A DNA stretch of 64,000 bases from Eledone cirrhosa (Eukaryota), in the NCBI GenBank assembly GCA_964016885.1, contig OZ024740.1, positions 98,952,001 to 99,016,000 of the forward strand, given 5' to 3'. Shown here one piece after another: positions 11,088 to 26,368 of this stretch. A program made the translations under genes and the position numbers. The notes under the pieces are model-generated. The model had not been told where the DNA came from and ran no database searches. It worked only from the letters and a program-made list of their open reading frames with translations. The first letter of the stretch is position 1. Each line of letters begins with the position of its first letter.

Positions 11088-14083
11088 TCAGGATTTGGGC
11101 ACCATGGCCCATTCGAGAAGAGAATTACTGTTTGCGGAGACATATCCGGGTGTCGGTAGTTTGTCTGGGATTACTTGGAGGAATTTGTCCAAAGACTTCT
11201 TGAATTTTGTGTGGTCAGTTTCTGTTTTGACGTGTCCTGGTGTGATGTTGAAGAGAGCAGGGCCAATTGAGGTGAAATAATTGTGCCGTATTGTTGTTAT
11301 GAGTTGCGATTTAGATTTTTGTTTGGGACGGATAGCACGGGGCCCAAGCCTTGGGTGTATTTTGAAGGTGATGCCAACATCATTTGGGCAGTGCTGATGA
11401 AACATTTTCCACATCATGCAGATAATATAACGCTCACGGCGACGTTGGAGTGAGTAAAGTTTCAGCTTTTCTAGTCGACCCCAGTAGTCAAGGTCTGACA
11501 TGCCATCTATCTTTTTCGTGATTGCCCTTTGGGGAGCTTCAAGTTTCATGATACTTTGTTTCGTGTGGGGAAACCACAGTGGACAACAGTATTCAAGGTG
11601 TGGTCGGGCAAAAGTGGAGAAGAGAAGGATAATGGTGTGGGAATCTCTCGACTGGAAGGTTCTGAGGATCCAGGAACACATTCTGCGGACCATGTCAACT
11701 TTGCTGCTTATATGCGTGGCCCAGCTTATGTTGCTGTCCACGGTTACTCCCAAGTCTCTGATGTTGTTAGATGCCACGAGAGTTTCACCGGAGGGAAGGG
11801 AGTACGGGAGTTTCAGAGCATCCTCTTTTCCAAAGTGGATCAGTTCGAATTTGTCTTCGTGCAGTAACATGTTGTTCTTTTCCGCCCATTGAGTAACAGC
11901 CAGTAGGTCTGACTGAAGGCTTATCCAGTCATCCACGCCATTGATGACCTTTTGGAGCTTGGAATCATCAGCGAAAATTCTAATGTTGCTGTGTTTGATG
12001 ATGTCAGTGATGTCATTAATATAGATGATGAAGAGAAGTGGGCCCAACACAGTGCCTTGTGGGACCCCACTACTGACTTTGGCTGGGCTGGATTTGACTC
12101 AATCGATTACAACATGTTGGGTTCTGTTTGACAGGAAGCTCTTGATCCACTGCAGCATCTTTCCAGTGAAACCAATATTGGACAGCTTTCTCAGTAGAAT
12201 GTTGTGATCAACCCTGTCAAAGGCCTTGCTGAAATCAAGGTAGATAACATCAGTGTTGGAACCCTCTCCCAAGGCTCTCAAAATGTCATCAAAGTGATGC
12301 AGTAGCTGCGTCAGGCAATCCCTTCCATTACGGAATCCATGCTGGTTGGAGTTCAGCATATTGTTACTCTCAAGGAAGTGAGTCATTCGCGATCTCACCA
12401 CTCTCTCAAATACCTTAATGATATGAGAGGTGAGTGAGATTGGACGGTAATTCACGGCAAGGGATTTGTTTCCTTTTTTGAAAACTGGGACAACAGACTG
12501 GGATAGAAGGTTTTCTGGCACATATCCAGCATCCAGTGAGTTCCGCCACATATTGGCAAGAGGAGATGCAAGTTGGTGTTGACACGCCTTCAAGACACAA
12601 GCAGGGAACATATCGGGACCTACTGCTGAATTATACTTGATTTCCTTTATTGCCGCTAAGAGATCAGGGGCGCCAAACGTTATGTCCGATAAGGTGTAAT
12701 GGGGAGTAACATCGCCGATACAGCCCAGATCGGCCATATCAGGATTGCTGAAAACAGAGCAGTATTGTTTCTGCAGTATCTCACCCATGGTTTTAGCATT
12801 GTCTTGAAGAGTGCCATTTTCATCAATTAGAGGGCCAACAGCAGAGCCAGTGATTTTGTGTTTTTTTTGCAAATGAAAAGAACAATTTGGGATTGAGTTT
12901 GATCTTTTCAATGGCCCAGGCCTCTTCAGCTCTTCTCTGATTGTTGATGATAGACATAATATTGTTTTGGAGGTTATGTTTTTTAATCTCTAGTGATGAA
13001 ATGGCAGTCAAGTTGATGTGTTGCTGCTGACAGTATTTCAGCTTGTTCATTTTTTTGTTAGTTCTCTTAATTTTCCTGATCAGCGTTTTTCTATTTCTAG
13101 GGATTCTGCTCTTAGATTTGTTTATAGTTCTTAATGGGTTGTGTTTTGCACATATGTTTGTAACAGTGTCCACAAATGTCTGCCAGGACTTTTTGATGTT
13201 AGTGGGTGTGTGAGTGTGCGTGAAGGACCAGTCTACATGTGCAAGATCATGACTGATCGCTTCCCAGTTTGCATTGTGGAAATCCATAGCGTCAAACGGA
13301 TGGACAGGAGAGATGACATTGGGTTTGTATATTGGACGGTGGAATCTCAGATCACAGAGAACCATGTCATGATCAGAGAGTAGAGTTTTCTCCACTGCAA
13401 TATTGTGGATATTGTCAGTGTGATTGCTGAAAATTAAGTCTAGGACGTTTTTGTGACACCTCGTTGTTTCGAGCACCAGTTGGGACAGGAAGAAATCATC
13501 CATGAAGTCAAGAAGCGATTCCACTGCTTCCCTGTCAGAGGTTGAGGCAGAAGAACCTGGTGGCAGGCTGTTTGTGGACCAGTCAACTCCGGGGAGGTTG
13601 AAGTCCCCCATCATTAAGATGTTGTCAGGGTGACACTCTTGGATGAAACACTTTATGCTGTTGAGGCATTCTTTGTAGCATGGAGGCATTTTTTGTAGCA
13701 TGGTAGAGGCGTTTGGGGTGGCCTATAGAGCCCAACTACTATTAGGTTGTTGGTTTGACTGAATACAGTGACTGCTTCGCAGTATCCATTAGTAAATATG
13801 TTCATAGCCTCTGTTGAGAAAGAATTATGGACATAAATGGCAGTCCCACCCTTTCTTCTGCCAGCGCGATCAGCACGGATGGCTTTGAAATTTTTCATTT
13901 CACCTCGGCTTCCAAGTGAAGGTTACTGAGATGGGTTTCTGTAAGGACGAAGAAGGGATGTGGTTTGGATGGACATCAACGCTGTCCTCCAGGAATTTGA
14001 TCTTCCATTTTTTAGTATTGGTGGAAGGGCTGATGCCTTGGGCGTGAAGCAAAAATGTTGAGGCGAGAGTGGATGGTTTTAAA
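11088..14083 (-). pseudogene. LINE ORF2 (endonuclease + reverse transcriptase) with few lesions
   Basis: In-frame TGA at 12099-12101, frameshift in the T-run near 12865, 20-bp tandem duplication at 13663-13702, further breaks near 13900-13980. Confidence 0.88.
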
Positions 14084-14114
14084 TGTTTTGGTGTGTTGTT
14101 AATTTGTTTGTTTG

Positions 14115-14723
14115 TTAATGCAGCAATGGGAGTTTGTGCAGCGGGGGTGATAGTGGGGGGTGGTGCTGGGTGATAGCTCGAATGTTTTTTTCCAGTTCTT
14201 TTGCCAGATTCATTATGGCTAAAAAAGAGGAAGAAGTTTCCTGTTTAGGAAACTGTTGGTGACTGTGGTAGTGGTTATTTTTATGTAGGTTATGGTTTTT
14301 GTTTTTGCTTTTATTTTTATTTTTATTTTCATTTGTCCGACGGGTCCCCGGGAGATGGGTAAAGGGACAATACCGGTGTAAACACAATCTACCTCGCAGG
14401 AAAAAGCGGCAGATTTGTGGATTCCTTGTTTGAGTTATTGGTGGTTGTGTTGGTGTTAAATTAGAGTATGTATTATGGTGGTGGCTGTTTGTGGGGATAG
14501 ACCGTTTTGTCCTAGGTAAATGGGTGAATTTGCAGCCACTATCCGTACATATTCTATAGCGTAGAGAGTAGCGGCAAATGATGGGGTTTCGAGTGGGTGT
14601 GTATGTGTGTGTGTGTGTAGATGATGGTTTGAGTAGGTTTTGACGACCTTCGTGGGCTGTGGGAGGGAGAGTTCTTGTACTGTATTAGAAGGTAAATTCC
14701 TTGAGATAGCAGTAGACAAATAT

Positions 14724-14781
<58 letters not shown>

Positions 14782-15304
14782 GCAGAGGAGATGTTGGCAG
14801 TGGTGATGATTGGACTGCTGGGGCAGATAAAGGAAGAGGCGTTTCCTGCTGTGAGACAGTGGCTACTGGAAGGTCAATAGTTTCATTTAGTAGATCGGCC
14901 ATTGTTGATGAATCAAGGAGTGGTTCACACTGTTGTTGTTGTTGTCGCTGTTGTTGTTGCTGTTGTTGCTGTTGTTGCTGTTGTTGCTGTTGTTGTTGTA
15001 GCTGTTGTTGCTGCTGTTGTTGTTGTTGCTGCTGTTGCTGCTGCTGGACAGCATCCGAAGCAAAAACACACCGTAGTTTATCCGAATGTTTATTGATTAA
15101 TTTAAAAGCAACTTCGATTTGCTTTAATTTATTTTGAATCTGTTGTTCAGATCGGGTTTTCAAAAGGTGAACTGTACGTTTAACAATTTCGTTCAGACAT
15201 GAAGCATCTATGTCTTCTGTTTGGGTAAGGCAATGCCATGTGTTTATGAGAATGTCGATTTCATTATCAGACCAGTTCTGTTTGGATTTTTGCTGGTTAG
15301 CCAT
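14115..15304 (-). pseudogene. LINE ORF1: Myb/SANT-like N-terminus, polyQ, polyT, two CX8CX4CX3H zinc fingers; one frameshift
   Basis: WSDNEIDILINTW; CRYSLRYRICTDSGCKFTH (starts 14576) and CRFFLRGRLCLHRYCPFTH (starts 14411) are in frame with ORF 14115-14387. Confidence 0.75.
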
Positions 15305-15601
15305 TCTAGTTTTGAGTGTATGTGTTTTAGTTAAGTATTTCAATATATTTTATTTTATTTTTTTTTTTTTTTCTTGTGTGTGAGTGAGAAGTGTATATAT
15401 AAATATGAGTATATATATATAAATATATTCTGGTTATTTGAAATTAATGAAATTAATGAAAAGACGAAAGTATATGATAATTTGTATTTAAAGGAAAATG
15501 TACTCACAAGTTGGTAAACACGTGTTTTCAAATATATAAGAATATAGATGTATGTAAATGTAATATATATATATATATACATATGTAATATATATAAAAT
15601 G

Positions 15602-15678
<77 letters not shown>

Positions 15679-15684
15679 TATATG

Positions 15685-15715
<31 letters not shown>

Positions 15716-16121
15716 ATATACATATATATATACATATATATATATAAATGAAAAGTATAGAAATTATTGTAGCAAGAAGCCAACAGTATTCCATAATATG
15801 TAAGTGACTATAGCGTCAAATTGGAAAAAATAGTTAACGTAAGATGTGGGAAAATAATTCAAACTCAATTCAAAAAGAATCGGGATATATATATCCACAG
15901 AATTTGGTGAAATCCAGGGAAAAATCAATAGAGCCTTAACTCAGAATAAAATAAAGTTTAAAATTCTCATCCTTCAATTTTGAAAAACTAGAAATGCTCT
16001 GTATAGTCTTAAAGACTATTTCACAAAACTTTCAGTGGGGATGGTCACGGTTGGAATCGATCTATCTCTCTCTCTCTATATATATATATGTACATATATA
16101 TCTATACATATATATCTATAC

Positions 16122-16152
<31 letters not shown>

Positions 16153-16181
16153 CATGTATATATATATGCATGTATATATAT

Positions 16182-16268
<87 letters not shown>

Positions 16269-16269
16269 C

Positions 16270-16349
<80 letters not shown>

Positions 16350-16481
16350 TCCGTAATAGCACCACCAACTACAAAAACAAAGACGGTTGAACTGCTTTAC
16401 GTTGAGTACTCTCTATATTATTACATTACGATTGACCATACGGAATAGACCAGCTCTATACAGTGGTGAACCTCAAACCTG

Positions 16482-16532
<51 letters not shown>

Positions 16533-16535
<3 letters not shown>

Positions 16536-16695
16536 AATGGTTTCACAGCGGTCCGGATAACCAAAGATGTGAGTTCGACTACCTTGTACGTCAATACTCA
16601 TGTTTTTCCATTTCTCAGTATGTTCTTAACCCCACAATCAGGCTAAATAATTTCTTTAATTTCTTTAGTCAAAATACGGCAATAGCATTCATTTC
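16533..16695 (+). mobile_element. tRNA-headed repeat (same family as 61951-62106)
   Basis: B-box GAGTTCGACT; shared 'accaaagatgt...tgtacgtcaatactc...tttttccatt...tttagtcaaa'. Confidence 0.5.
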
Positions 16696-16716
16696 TAATA
16701 ATATATATATATATAT

Positions 16717-16750
<34 letters not shown>

Positions 16751-16760
16751 CTATATATAC

Positions 16761-16791
<31 letters not shown>

Positions 16792-16808
16792 GATATAGAT
16801 ATATATAT

Positions 16809-16886
<78 letters not shown>

Positions 16887-16954
16887 ATACATATATATAT
16901 ATACATACATATATATATATACATACATATATATATATACATACATATATATAT

Positions 16955-17055
<101 letters not shown>

Positions 17056-17109
17056 GTTTCTGAATTTGTTTAGCAAGATTCTTTATCTGAAATCGTGTGT
17101 TGAAACCGA

Positions 17110-17448
17110 TATTGTTATACTTTGGGAGGGTCATGTTGCCAATAAGAAACACACTGATGCGCAAACTGAGCACACAACCCACACACAAACAAAATGGCGT
17201 AGGATAGAAGAAAGGAAAGGCACAGAAACGAAGAAAGAAATCCCCAGTCACTGAAGAGGTCACAGAGTGTGTGACGAAAGAACTATGACTATATATATAT
17301 AAACAACTATCTGGTTGTGGAACCAACCAACCAACCAGAAATTTATAAATTTGTAAATTTATAAATATATATTAAATTAAATTGAAGTAAAAGCAACTGG
17401 TGCGTGTGTTTCTTATTGGCAACATGACCCTCCCAAAGTATAACAATA
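17110..17448 (+). mobile_element. Solo PLE pLTR with ~45-bp inverted termini
   Basis: atattgttatactttgggagggtcatgttgccaataagaaacac / exact reverse complement at the other end; homologous to 50458-50750. Confidence 0.75.
17246..17290 (+). ncRNA. Type I hammerhead ribozyme
   Basis: AGTCA-CTGAAGA-G[GTCACA gagtg TGTGAC]-GAAA-GAAC-TA-TGACT. Confidence 0.7.
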
Positions 17449-17531
17449 TATATATATACATACATATATATATATACATATATATATACATAAATATATA
17501 TATACATACATATATATATACATACATATAT

Positions 17532-18110
<579 letters not shown>

Positions 18111-18274
18111 TAAATACAATACTGAAGTAATAGAAACAAATAAATACATACACGCAAACAGATACGTACATACACAAGCATACGCAAAACCTTACCATAG
18201 GTATACAAAACCACGCACATATAAATATGTGTATGTGTGTATGCTTGTGTACAAATAAATAAAATAATTATATA

Positions 18275-18322
<48 letters not shown>

Positions 18323-18328
<6 letters not shown>

Positions 18329-18660
18329 TAATAAAAACAACGAATAAAAACAAAGAAACAGTTCCTTATATTAAAAAAATCATCATTTTACGATCGTTTC
18401 TAGGATATATATGTGTGTGTTGGTATGTATATCATACCTACACATATATATATGCTGTCTTCAGAAAACAGCTTCTGATGACAGCATATATATGTGTATG
18501 TATGTATATTCCCTCTGATAGTTTGTAAAATCTTTACATAGATCTATTTGAAATACATACCAACACACACATATATATCCTAGAAACGATCGTAAAATGA
18601 TGAACTTTTTAATATAAGAAACTGTTTCTTTGTTTTTATTAATTGTTTTTATTAATTTAT
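18323..18660. mobile_element. Fold-back element with an HHR on each strand (minus 18386-18467; plus 18473-18597)
   Basis: Inverted arms; CTGATGA/CTGAAGA, long microsatellite-like stem II, GAAA-CGATCG-TA-AAATG. Confidence 0.65.
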
Positions 18661-18785
18661 CTTGACTCTGTTTTCCTGTGATTTCCATCTAAAAAATTCT
18701 TGAATACATCCCTTTTCATGATATTTAGATTACATTGAGTTCTTCATACGCATTGGACACTGCCGTATATGTTGGTAGATTTATC

Positions 18786-18817
<32 letters not shown>

Positions 18818-18820
<3 letters not shown>

Positions 18821-19209
18821 AGTATATGTTGGTTGTATACCAACACCTCAGTATGCAGATTGGAGCAATCGACGACGTGCGCAGGTTGGTTTGGTTACTC
18901 CGGAGTAATGTAAAATAAAATAAATTAAATAAATCAAATGTTTAAAATTTGGCTTCGTTTATTACTGCTATATATATTTCGGAGACAGCCATCCATGATT
19001 CCAGTTCCTAAGTGAAATAACAACCCAACCAGGAACTGGCATATCAGAGTATTGACAAAGTTAAACACCTCAACAGCATGTGTACTCGTCTCTACCACAC
19101 TAATTCGAACAGCCTGAAGAGGTTAGAGCCAAAGATGGCTGTCACCGAAATATATATAGCAGTAATAAACGAAGCCAAATTTTAAACATTTGACTTATTT
19201 ATTTTAGTT

Positions 19210-19215
<6 letters not shown>
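18818..19215 (+). mobile_element. Second copy of the 2089-2622 family, shorter inverted arm, HHR at 19109-19163
   Basis: Homologous throughout; CTGAAGA-GGTTAGAGCCA aaga TGGCTGTCACC-GAAA-TATATATA-GCAGT-AATAAA. Confidence 0.75.
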
Positions 19216-19240
<25 letters not shown>

Positions 19241-19349
19241 CCCACATACACACACACATATATATAGTCCAGCCCATACTACTAAGGGAGGTGGATGGAA
19301 AATGATGATAATGATGATAGATATAGGTGTATGTATGAGAAAAAGACGT

Positions 19350-19437
<88 letters not shown>

Positions 19438-19789
19438 CATATATATAGTATAATAATTAACTCTATTCCCGCACCACCAACAGGACTCAACATCAAAGGT
19501 TACAGCATGGAATGATCACTTCTATCTATGGGGAATGAGTCTGAGATTTGTTTTGAGCAAGGGTGGAGGAATAACCCGAGGCAGCAGGCAGCCAGAGATA
19601 CAGACAGATATTATAAGGGTGCGTTCTGGACGGAGAGGGAATTGTAGGAAGTGACGTAATGCAGACAGTCAGACATACAGACATATATCATGCGGGCGCG
19701 ACGTTATATGTATGTATCTATCTAAAAAGAGAAAGACTAGGATTTATAGAGAGACATCGCTTAATCGCCTAATGCGGTCCTTAGGGCAT

Positions 19790-19942
19790 TGAACATTTGA
19801 AATTTATTTTGCTCAGAACATTTCCTGAAACATAAGTATTACATGTGTAAAGTTTGAAAACAGTCGGTTGGGTGCTTCTCTAGTTTTAGGGATTCAAACT
19901 CACACACACCAGACAGACATCCTCAGTTTTATATATATAGAT
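19790..19942 (+). mobile_element. Possible Helentron-associated (HINE/DINE-1-like) 3' end
   Basis: aagtttgaaaa...tcgg...cagacagac...ttttatatatatagat terminus resembles HINE ends. Confidence 0.4.
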
Positions 19943-21595
19943 CATCATCATCTTCACCGTTTTACGTCCGTTCTTCCACGCTAGCATGGGTTAGATGGGT
20001 TGTCCTGTTGTGGGCAGTGTCCAGTCGGCTGACCTTGTCTTGCTTATGCAGGAACTGTCATGGCTTGATTTCTACAGCTGAAGGCCCTTCCTAACACCAA
20101 ACTCATTTACAGTGAATGCTGGGTGCTTTTTTTCCGTGGCACCTACACGTCCACTTTGCATTGTGGGCTGGATGCTTTTTTGCCGTGGCACCTCCTCAAC
20201 CACTTTGCAGTGTGTGTGGCGGGGGTCGGGTGGTGGGTGTATATCGTCTATATGCTTCAGCCTTGGCTTGTTCCTGTGGGAAGTCGGGTCTTCTGTATTA
20301 CTGCGAGACGCCAGAAGTCATGGTCGTGTGTCATTGCCCTTTAGAGGTGCAATTGGGTAAGGTCAGCTTTTATCACCTCATCCCATGTCTTATTGGGTCT
20401 CCCCATTCCGCGGCTTCCATCGACTTCTAGTGCTCTGTACCTTTTTATGCAGATGTCATCCTTCATACGCATCACATGTTCATTCCAATGTAACCTCCTC
20501 ACCTGCACACCATTTCCATGAGGGGTTCTGGGTTCTGTTTTCTCGTCTACTTACGAGAACCTAGGTCTTTGCCAGGTTAACTTTGAGACCATTTCTCTCT
20601 AGTCCCTGCTTCCAAGTTTGGAATTTCTTCTCTAGTTCTACCATAGATTCAGCTATAAGTGCGAGGTCATCTGCATATAGGAGTTCCCATGGGCATCCGG
20701 TCTTAAACTACTCCGTTATTGCCTGCAGAACTATAATGAACAGGAGAGGGCTAAGAACAGAGCCCTGTTGTACACCGACCTGTACGATAAATTCCTCGCG
20801 ATACTCATTGCTAATCCTAACATTGCTGACTGCTCCCCTATACATGGCTTGTACAGCTTTCACAAGCCATTCATCTACTCCTAATTTTCTAAGATCCCAC
20901 CAGATTATAGCGCGGGGAACTCTGTCAAAGGCTTTCTCGAGATCGATGAATGCCAGATAGAGCGGCTTACTTTTAGCTATGTACTTTTCCTGTAACTGCC
21001 TGACAAGGAAGAGGGAATCAGTGGTGCCTTTTCCTAGTACAAACCCAAATTGCATCTCATCTAGTTTCACCCGGTCTCTAATCAGCTGTGCTATAAATCT
21101 TTCCGTTACTTTCATTACCTGGTCTATCAGCTTTATACCTCTATAGTTTCCTCTATCTAGTGCATCATTTTTACCTTTGTAGCAGTTGACAATGATGCTG
21201 CTGCACAAAATCCTTTGGTATGATACCCTCTAGTATTACTTGATTAACAATTCGTGTGGTTATGGTGTGACCTACCGACCCAGATACCTTCAGCATCTCA
21301 GCAGCTATACGCGATGGACCAGTTGCTATTCCTGTTTTCATATCTTTGATTGGCTTACTGGCTACGCTGCTGCTGACTTGTACTGCTGGCCCCTCTGTAG
21401 GGGATAGCGTCTCTTTATCCCATGCATTCTCCTCGTTTAATAATCTTTCATAATGGCTCTTCCACGCAGCTTTCTTCTTGGCACACGTGAGGGCAAGCTC
21501 ACCATTATCATTCTGGATACACTTCTCTCCAATGACATCACAATTCTCTCTGACACACTGCCTCGCAATCTTGAACACCTCCTGTTTCTGGTCCT
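19943..21595 (-). mobile_element. RTE family B copy with internal deletion
   Basis: ORFs 20708-21208 and 21171-21578 (RT); 3' UTR and (GAT)n tail at 19943; ~570-bp deletion near 20512. Confidence 0.88.
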
Positions 21596-21823
21596 CCTTA
21601 TATGTATATATAAATATGTAAGAATAACTTTAAGGAAGATGCCGATGTTTATCCATAATCGTTTATCCATAATCATTATTTCAACTGTTCTCTTATGCAA
21701 TTCATGATGTAATTTATGCATTTGTTTTTTTAAGAGAACATTACCTTCAGAAGAAAATCCGATTTTGTGATATGCTGCAGGCATAAAACGCATCCTGCTT
21801 CTCATTTGCCTGGCTGACACACA

Positions 21824-23004
<1,181 letters not shown>

Positions 23005-23425
23005 GATATATATATACATTATTTATTTACTTAATTGTGATTTTCTTAGAGTTCTCTGACTTTAGACTTCTCCTACATGACCAAGAGTCTCCCCCATGGT
23101 AGACTAAATGAGCTGGCATTATACCCAATGAAAATAACATATTTGCATATGACATTATTGAAACTGATTATATATGCATAGAGAGAGAATATACATTCAA
23201 GGTATATAACCGTGCATGCCAATGCACAAATCAACAGGTATTCATATATTTTATATCACATTTGTACATATATAAACTGATATATATATAAGTTTATATC
23301 AAATTCATTTACTATTTATTAATCTATTTCTCATCAGCTCTTCTCTCCCTTTATCATTTTCTCCCTCTCTTATATACACACACGTGCACAAAAACACACG
23401 TACACACACAACACACAAGCACACG

Positions 23426-23457
<32 letters not shown>

Positions 23458-24451
23458 CATATATACACACATCGTTGCCAGAGTATGGTGTTGTATTCAC
23501 TATAGAGTGAGCCAGCATATATAGAGGTAAATATGTTATATTATAACACATGACAAACTGGCATACTGGTGCGCAGAGTTTTACTAAGCAAGGAGCACTA
23601 AACTTTCTTCAGGAAACTCTGAGTAACTAAGAAGCTATATGCTAGATTGTCATATATTTGATGATTTATTATGATATAATATATGTATAATATATATATA
23701 TATATGTGTGTATGTGTGTGTGTGTATATGTATATGTGTATATATGTGTATGTGTGTGTCTCGTATATATATACATAATATAATATATATCATTAGCATC
23801 ATTGTTTTTATGACTTATACATGTGTGTGTCTTTCTGTATGATTGTATATACAGAAGTGAATACACCTAAGAATCTTATATCTACATCTAGCGAGGCTGA
23901 AATTCCATCAAAAACAACGTTCATTGAAAACGTATAAACACAGATCTTCCTTAATTCTCTGTTGTATTTCCGTTTTTCTTAAAATCTGAATTACGTCATT
24001 TTCAATACCCTCTTTTATCTTTTTTGCCTTTCACTTTTTCCTACTTCCTTTCCACCATTTTCTTTTTTTTTTTTTTAGTATTTTTTTTCTTTTCTATCTT
24101 CTGTTCATTTCCTTCTTTTCATTCCATTTCCATCATACAGCTATCCATTTACCTTCATTCCTTTTTCAATATATATCCTTTAGTTTTTCCTTTTCTTCCT
24201 TTTTATTTTTTTGTAGTTACATATTTTTTTTTCTTTTTCAGCATATTCTTTTTAATGTTCCTACTTTTATCACTTTTATCCCTTCAATCTTTCTTTAATA
24301 TTTTCTTTATTCAATTTTCATCTTCCAGTTTTACATTCGAACAACATTATTGCATACGAGCATTTATAATGTCTGGTAATAGTTGCATAATTATTTACAC
24401 TTGAATTATATATATATAAATATATATAAATATATATAAATATATATAGAA

Positions 24452-24521
<70 letters not shown>

Positions 24522-24589
24522 ATATATATATATATATATTTTATATATATATATATATGTTATATGTATGTATATATACATATATATAT

Positions 24590-24900
24590 ATCGGAATTTA
24601 TCAAATCGTCCCAGGTTTTTCTGGATCTACCTACTTCGGAAATACCATCAATTTTGATCGCCCTGCACTTTTTTATAAAGCTGTGGTCTTTCATTCGCAT
24701 CACGTGACTATACCAACGTAATCTTCTCTCGAGTAAACAGCATCTGATCCCTCTTATTCCTAATTTCTCACTTAGTTCATTTATGCTTTGCTGTTCACGT
24801 ATATTACTATTACACATCCAACGGAACATGCATGCTTCGCTCCTTTCTAGTCTGCCCAGGTCCTCTGGACGCAAGGCCCATGTCCCACTGCCATGTAGCA
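24590..24900 (-). mobile_element. RTE C-terminal fragment (diverged)
   Basis: MLHGSGTW...RRLRWYSHVMRM...GRSRKTW. Confidence 0.8.
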
Positions 24901-24936
24901 TTGATATATATATCGGCTTCAGAGTTAAGAATAAAG

Positions 24937-25007
<71 letters not shown>

Positions 25008-25405
25008 TAACTATATTCTTAACTCTGAAGCCGAGAATCATTCGGTTTCCTAAATAGAAATTTAGTCTACGACTTCAGTTATACCATATACGTGGTTTTG
25101 TCTTTCCGTGTAATTGTTCTCACCGCTCCACATATTACGTATTACCTTCGTGTTTTCCGTTCATTGCCAGAGACGTCTCCACGAACCACCTAATAGAATA
25201 TTAGTCTACGACTTCATTTATACCATAAACATGGTTTTGTCTTTGCGTGTAATTGTTTTCATTGCACCAATTGACGTATTATTTTCGTTTTTATCCGTTC
25301 TTTGCCAGGGAACGTTTCCACGAACCAAAATATCGTCTTCCTGTCTTCCTTCGGTTGCAATGTTTTATGAAGCATTTACTTCTGCGTTCACAGATTGATT
25401 TTTTT

Positions 25406-25456
25406 AGTTTCAGAAGATCCCGTTAAGCGTGAAAGCAGCGATTATTTGCTTAAACT
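25406..25456 (+). ncRNA. Hammerhead ribozyme variant (CAGAAGA core), second copy
   Basis: AGTTT-CAGAAGA-TCCCGTTAAGCGT-GAAA-GCA...TGC-TT-AAACT. Confidence 0.5.
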
Positions 25457-25574
25457 TTCATCTGTTATTTTAATAAATATTAGCTCTACCGTTCTTATAT
25501 ATCTGATATATATTTATCCTTATCGAGCCATCTTTGGATTTTAGTGTTCAAATTTATTATTATTACTATAAATA

Positions 25575-25670
<96 letters not shown>

Positions 25671-25973
25671 CACAGTTCAAGAGTAACCAATCTTAAAGAG
25701 AGAGATAGAGATAGTAGAGGAGATAGGAGAGGAGAGATTGGTGAATTAGTTAGAAGCCAAAGCGTAAAGACATGTGCTCAATGAGCAATATGCAATGGAA
25801 GGCAGCAAGGTGGCTGGGTTCATGCAGATGTTAGGTGCACATAGCTGGAAATATTCATTAGTTAAGCAAAACAAGACCTCAGATTTCACAAGGAAGACAT
25901 TATTAAAAGATTGTCAACTTATTTTAGTTTGATGTAAGGAGTGTAGAGAATAATAATAATATTAATAATAATT

Positions 25974-26157
25974 GTTTCTGCTTTAGGCACAAGACCAGCA
26001 ATTACCCAATGCATGACTGGTACTTTATGTTATTCACCCCGTAAGGATGAAAGGCAAAGTGAACCTCGGCGGGATTTGAACTCAGATCGAAATGGGACGT
26101 AACTATGCTGGAAAGCATGGCGTCCGACCCTCTACCGATACTGCAAATCCACCGCCC
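25974..26157 (-). mobile_element. tRNA-derived SINE
   Basis: Minus strand GGCGGTGGATTTGCAGTATCGGTAG (A-box-like), GAGTTCAAATCCCGCCGAGG (B-box), tttgcctttcatcctt body. Confidence 0.7.
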
Positions 26158-26368
26158 AATATTTACCTCACTAGTAAGGTAAATATTTCCATTGACGGCC
26201 ATCGTGTTAGCCATAGGCAGATCTCACACAATGCAGCCTCGACAGAAGAATATTGCTCCACTAGGGCAGACAATTGATATACCCAGGGCACCATAGTGAA
26301 ATACCAACATATGGAACTTTACATTTATGTAACATCCTTTCCGTATTTTAATTTATATTCCTTTTGAA

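Larger units (their letters stand above)
11005..15345 (-). mobile_element. CR1/L2-group (Crack/Daphne-like) LINE, near full length
   Basis: ORF1 plus ORF2 with APE (GLYRPP, MGDFNLP, LDLIF, SDH), RT (NYRPISL, QHGF, YLDFSKAFD, GVPQGTVLGP, FADD) and C-terminus (RERY..., PTPGY...NSL); short repeated tail (ttcaaagata). Confidence 0.9.

Noticed and set aside
14640-15137. Poly-Val/poly-Cys ORF on the plus strand
   Set aside because: Antisense reading of the polyT and polyQ tracts of LINE ORF1
23050-23102. Possible plus-strand exon FSDFRLLLHDQESPPW, faintly like a DEG/ENaC segment
   Set aside because: Very short, weak donor or immediate stop, and no partner exons found
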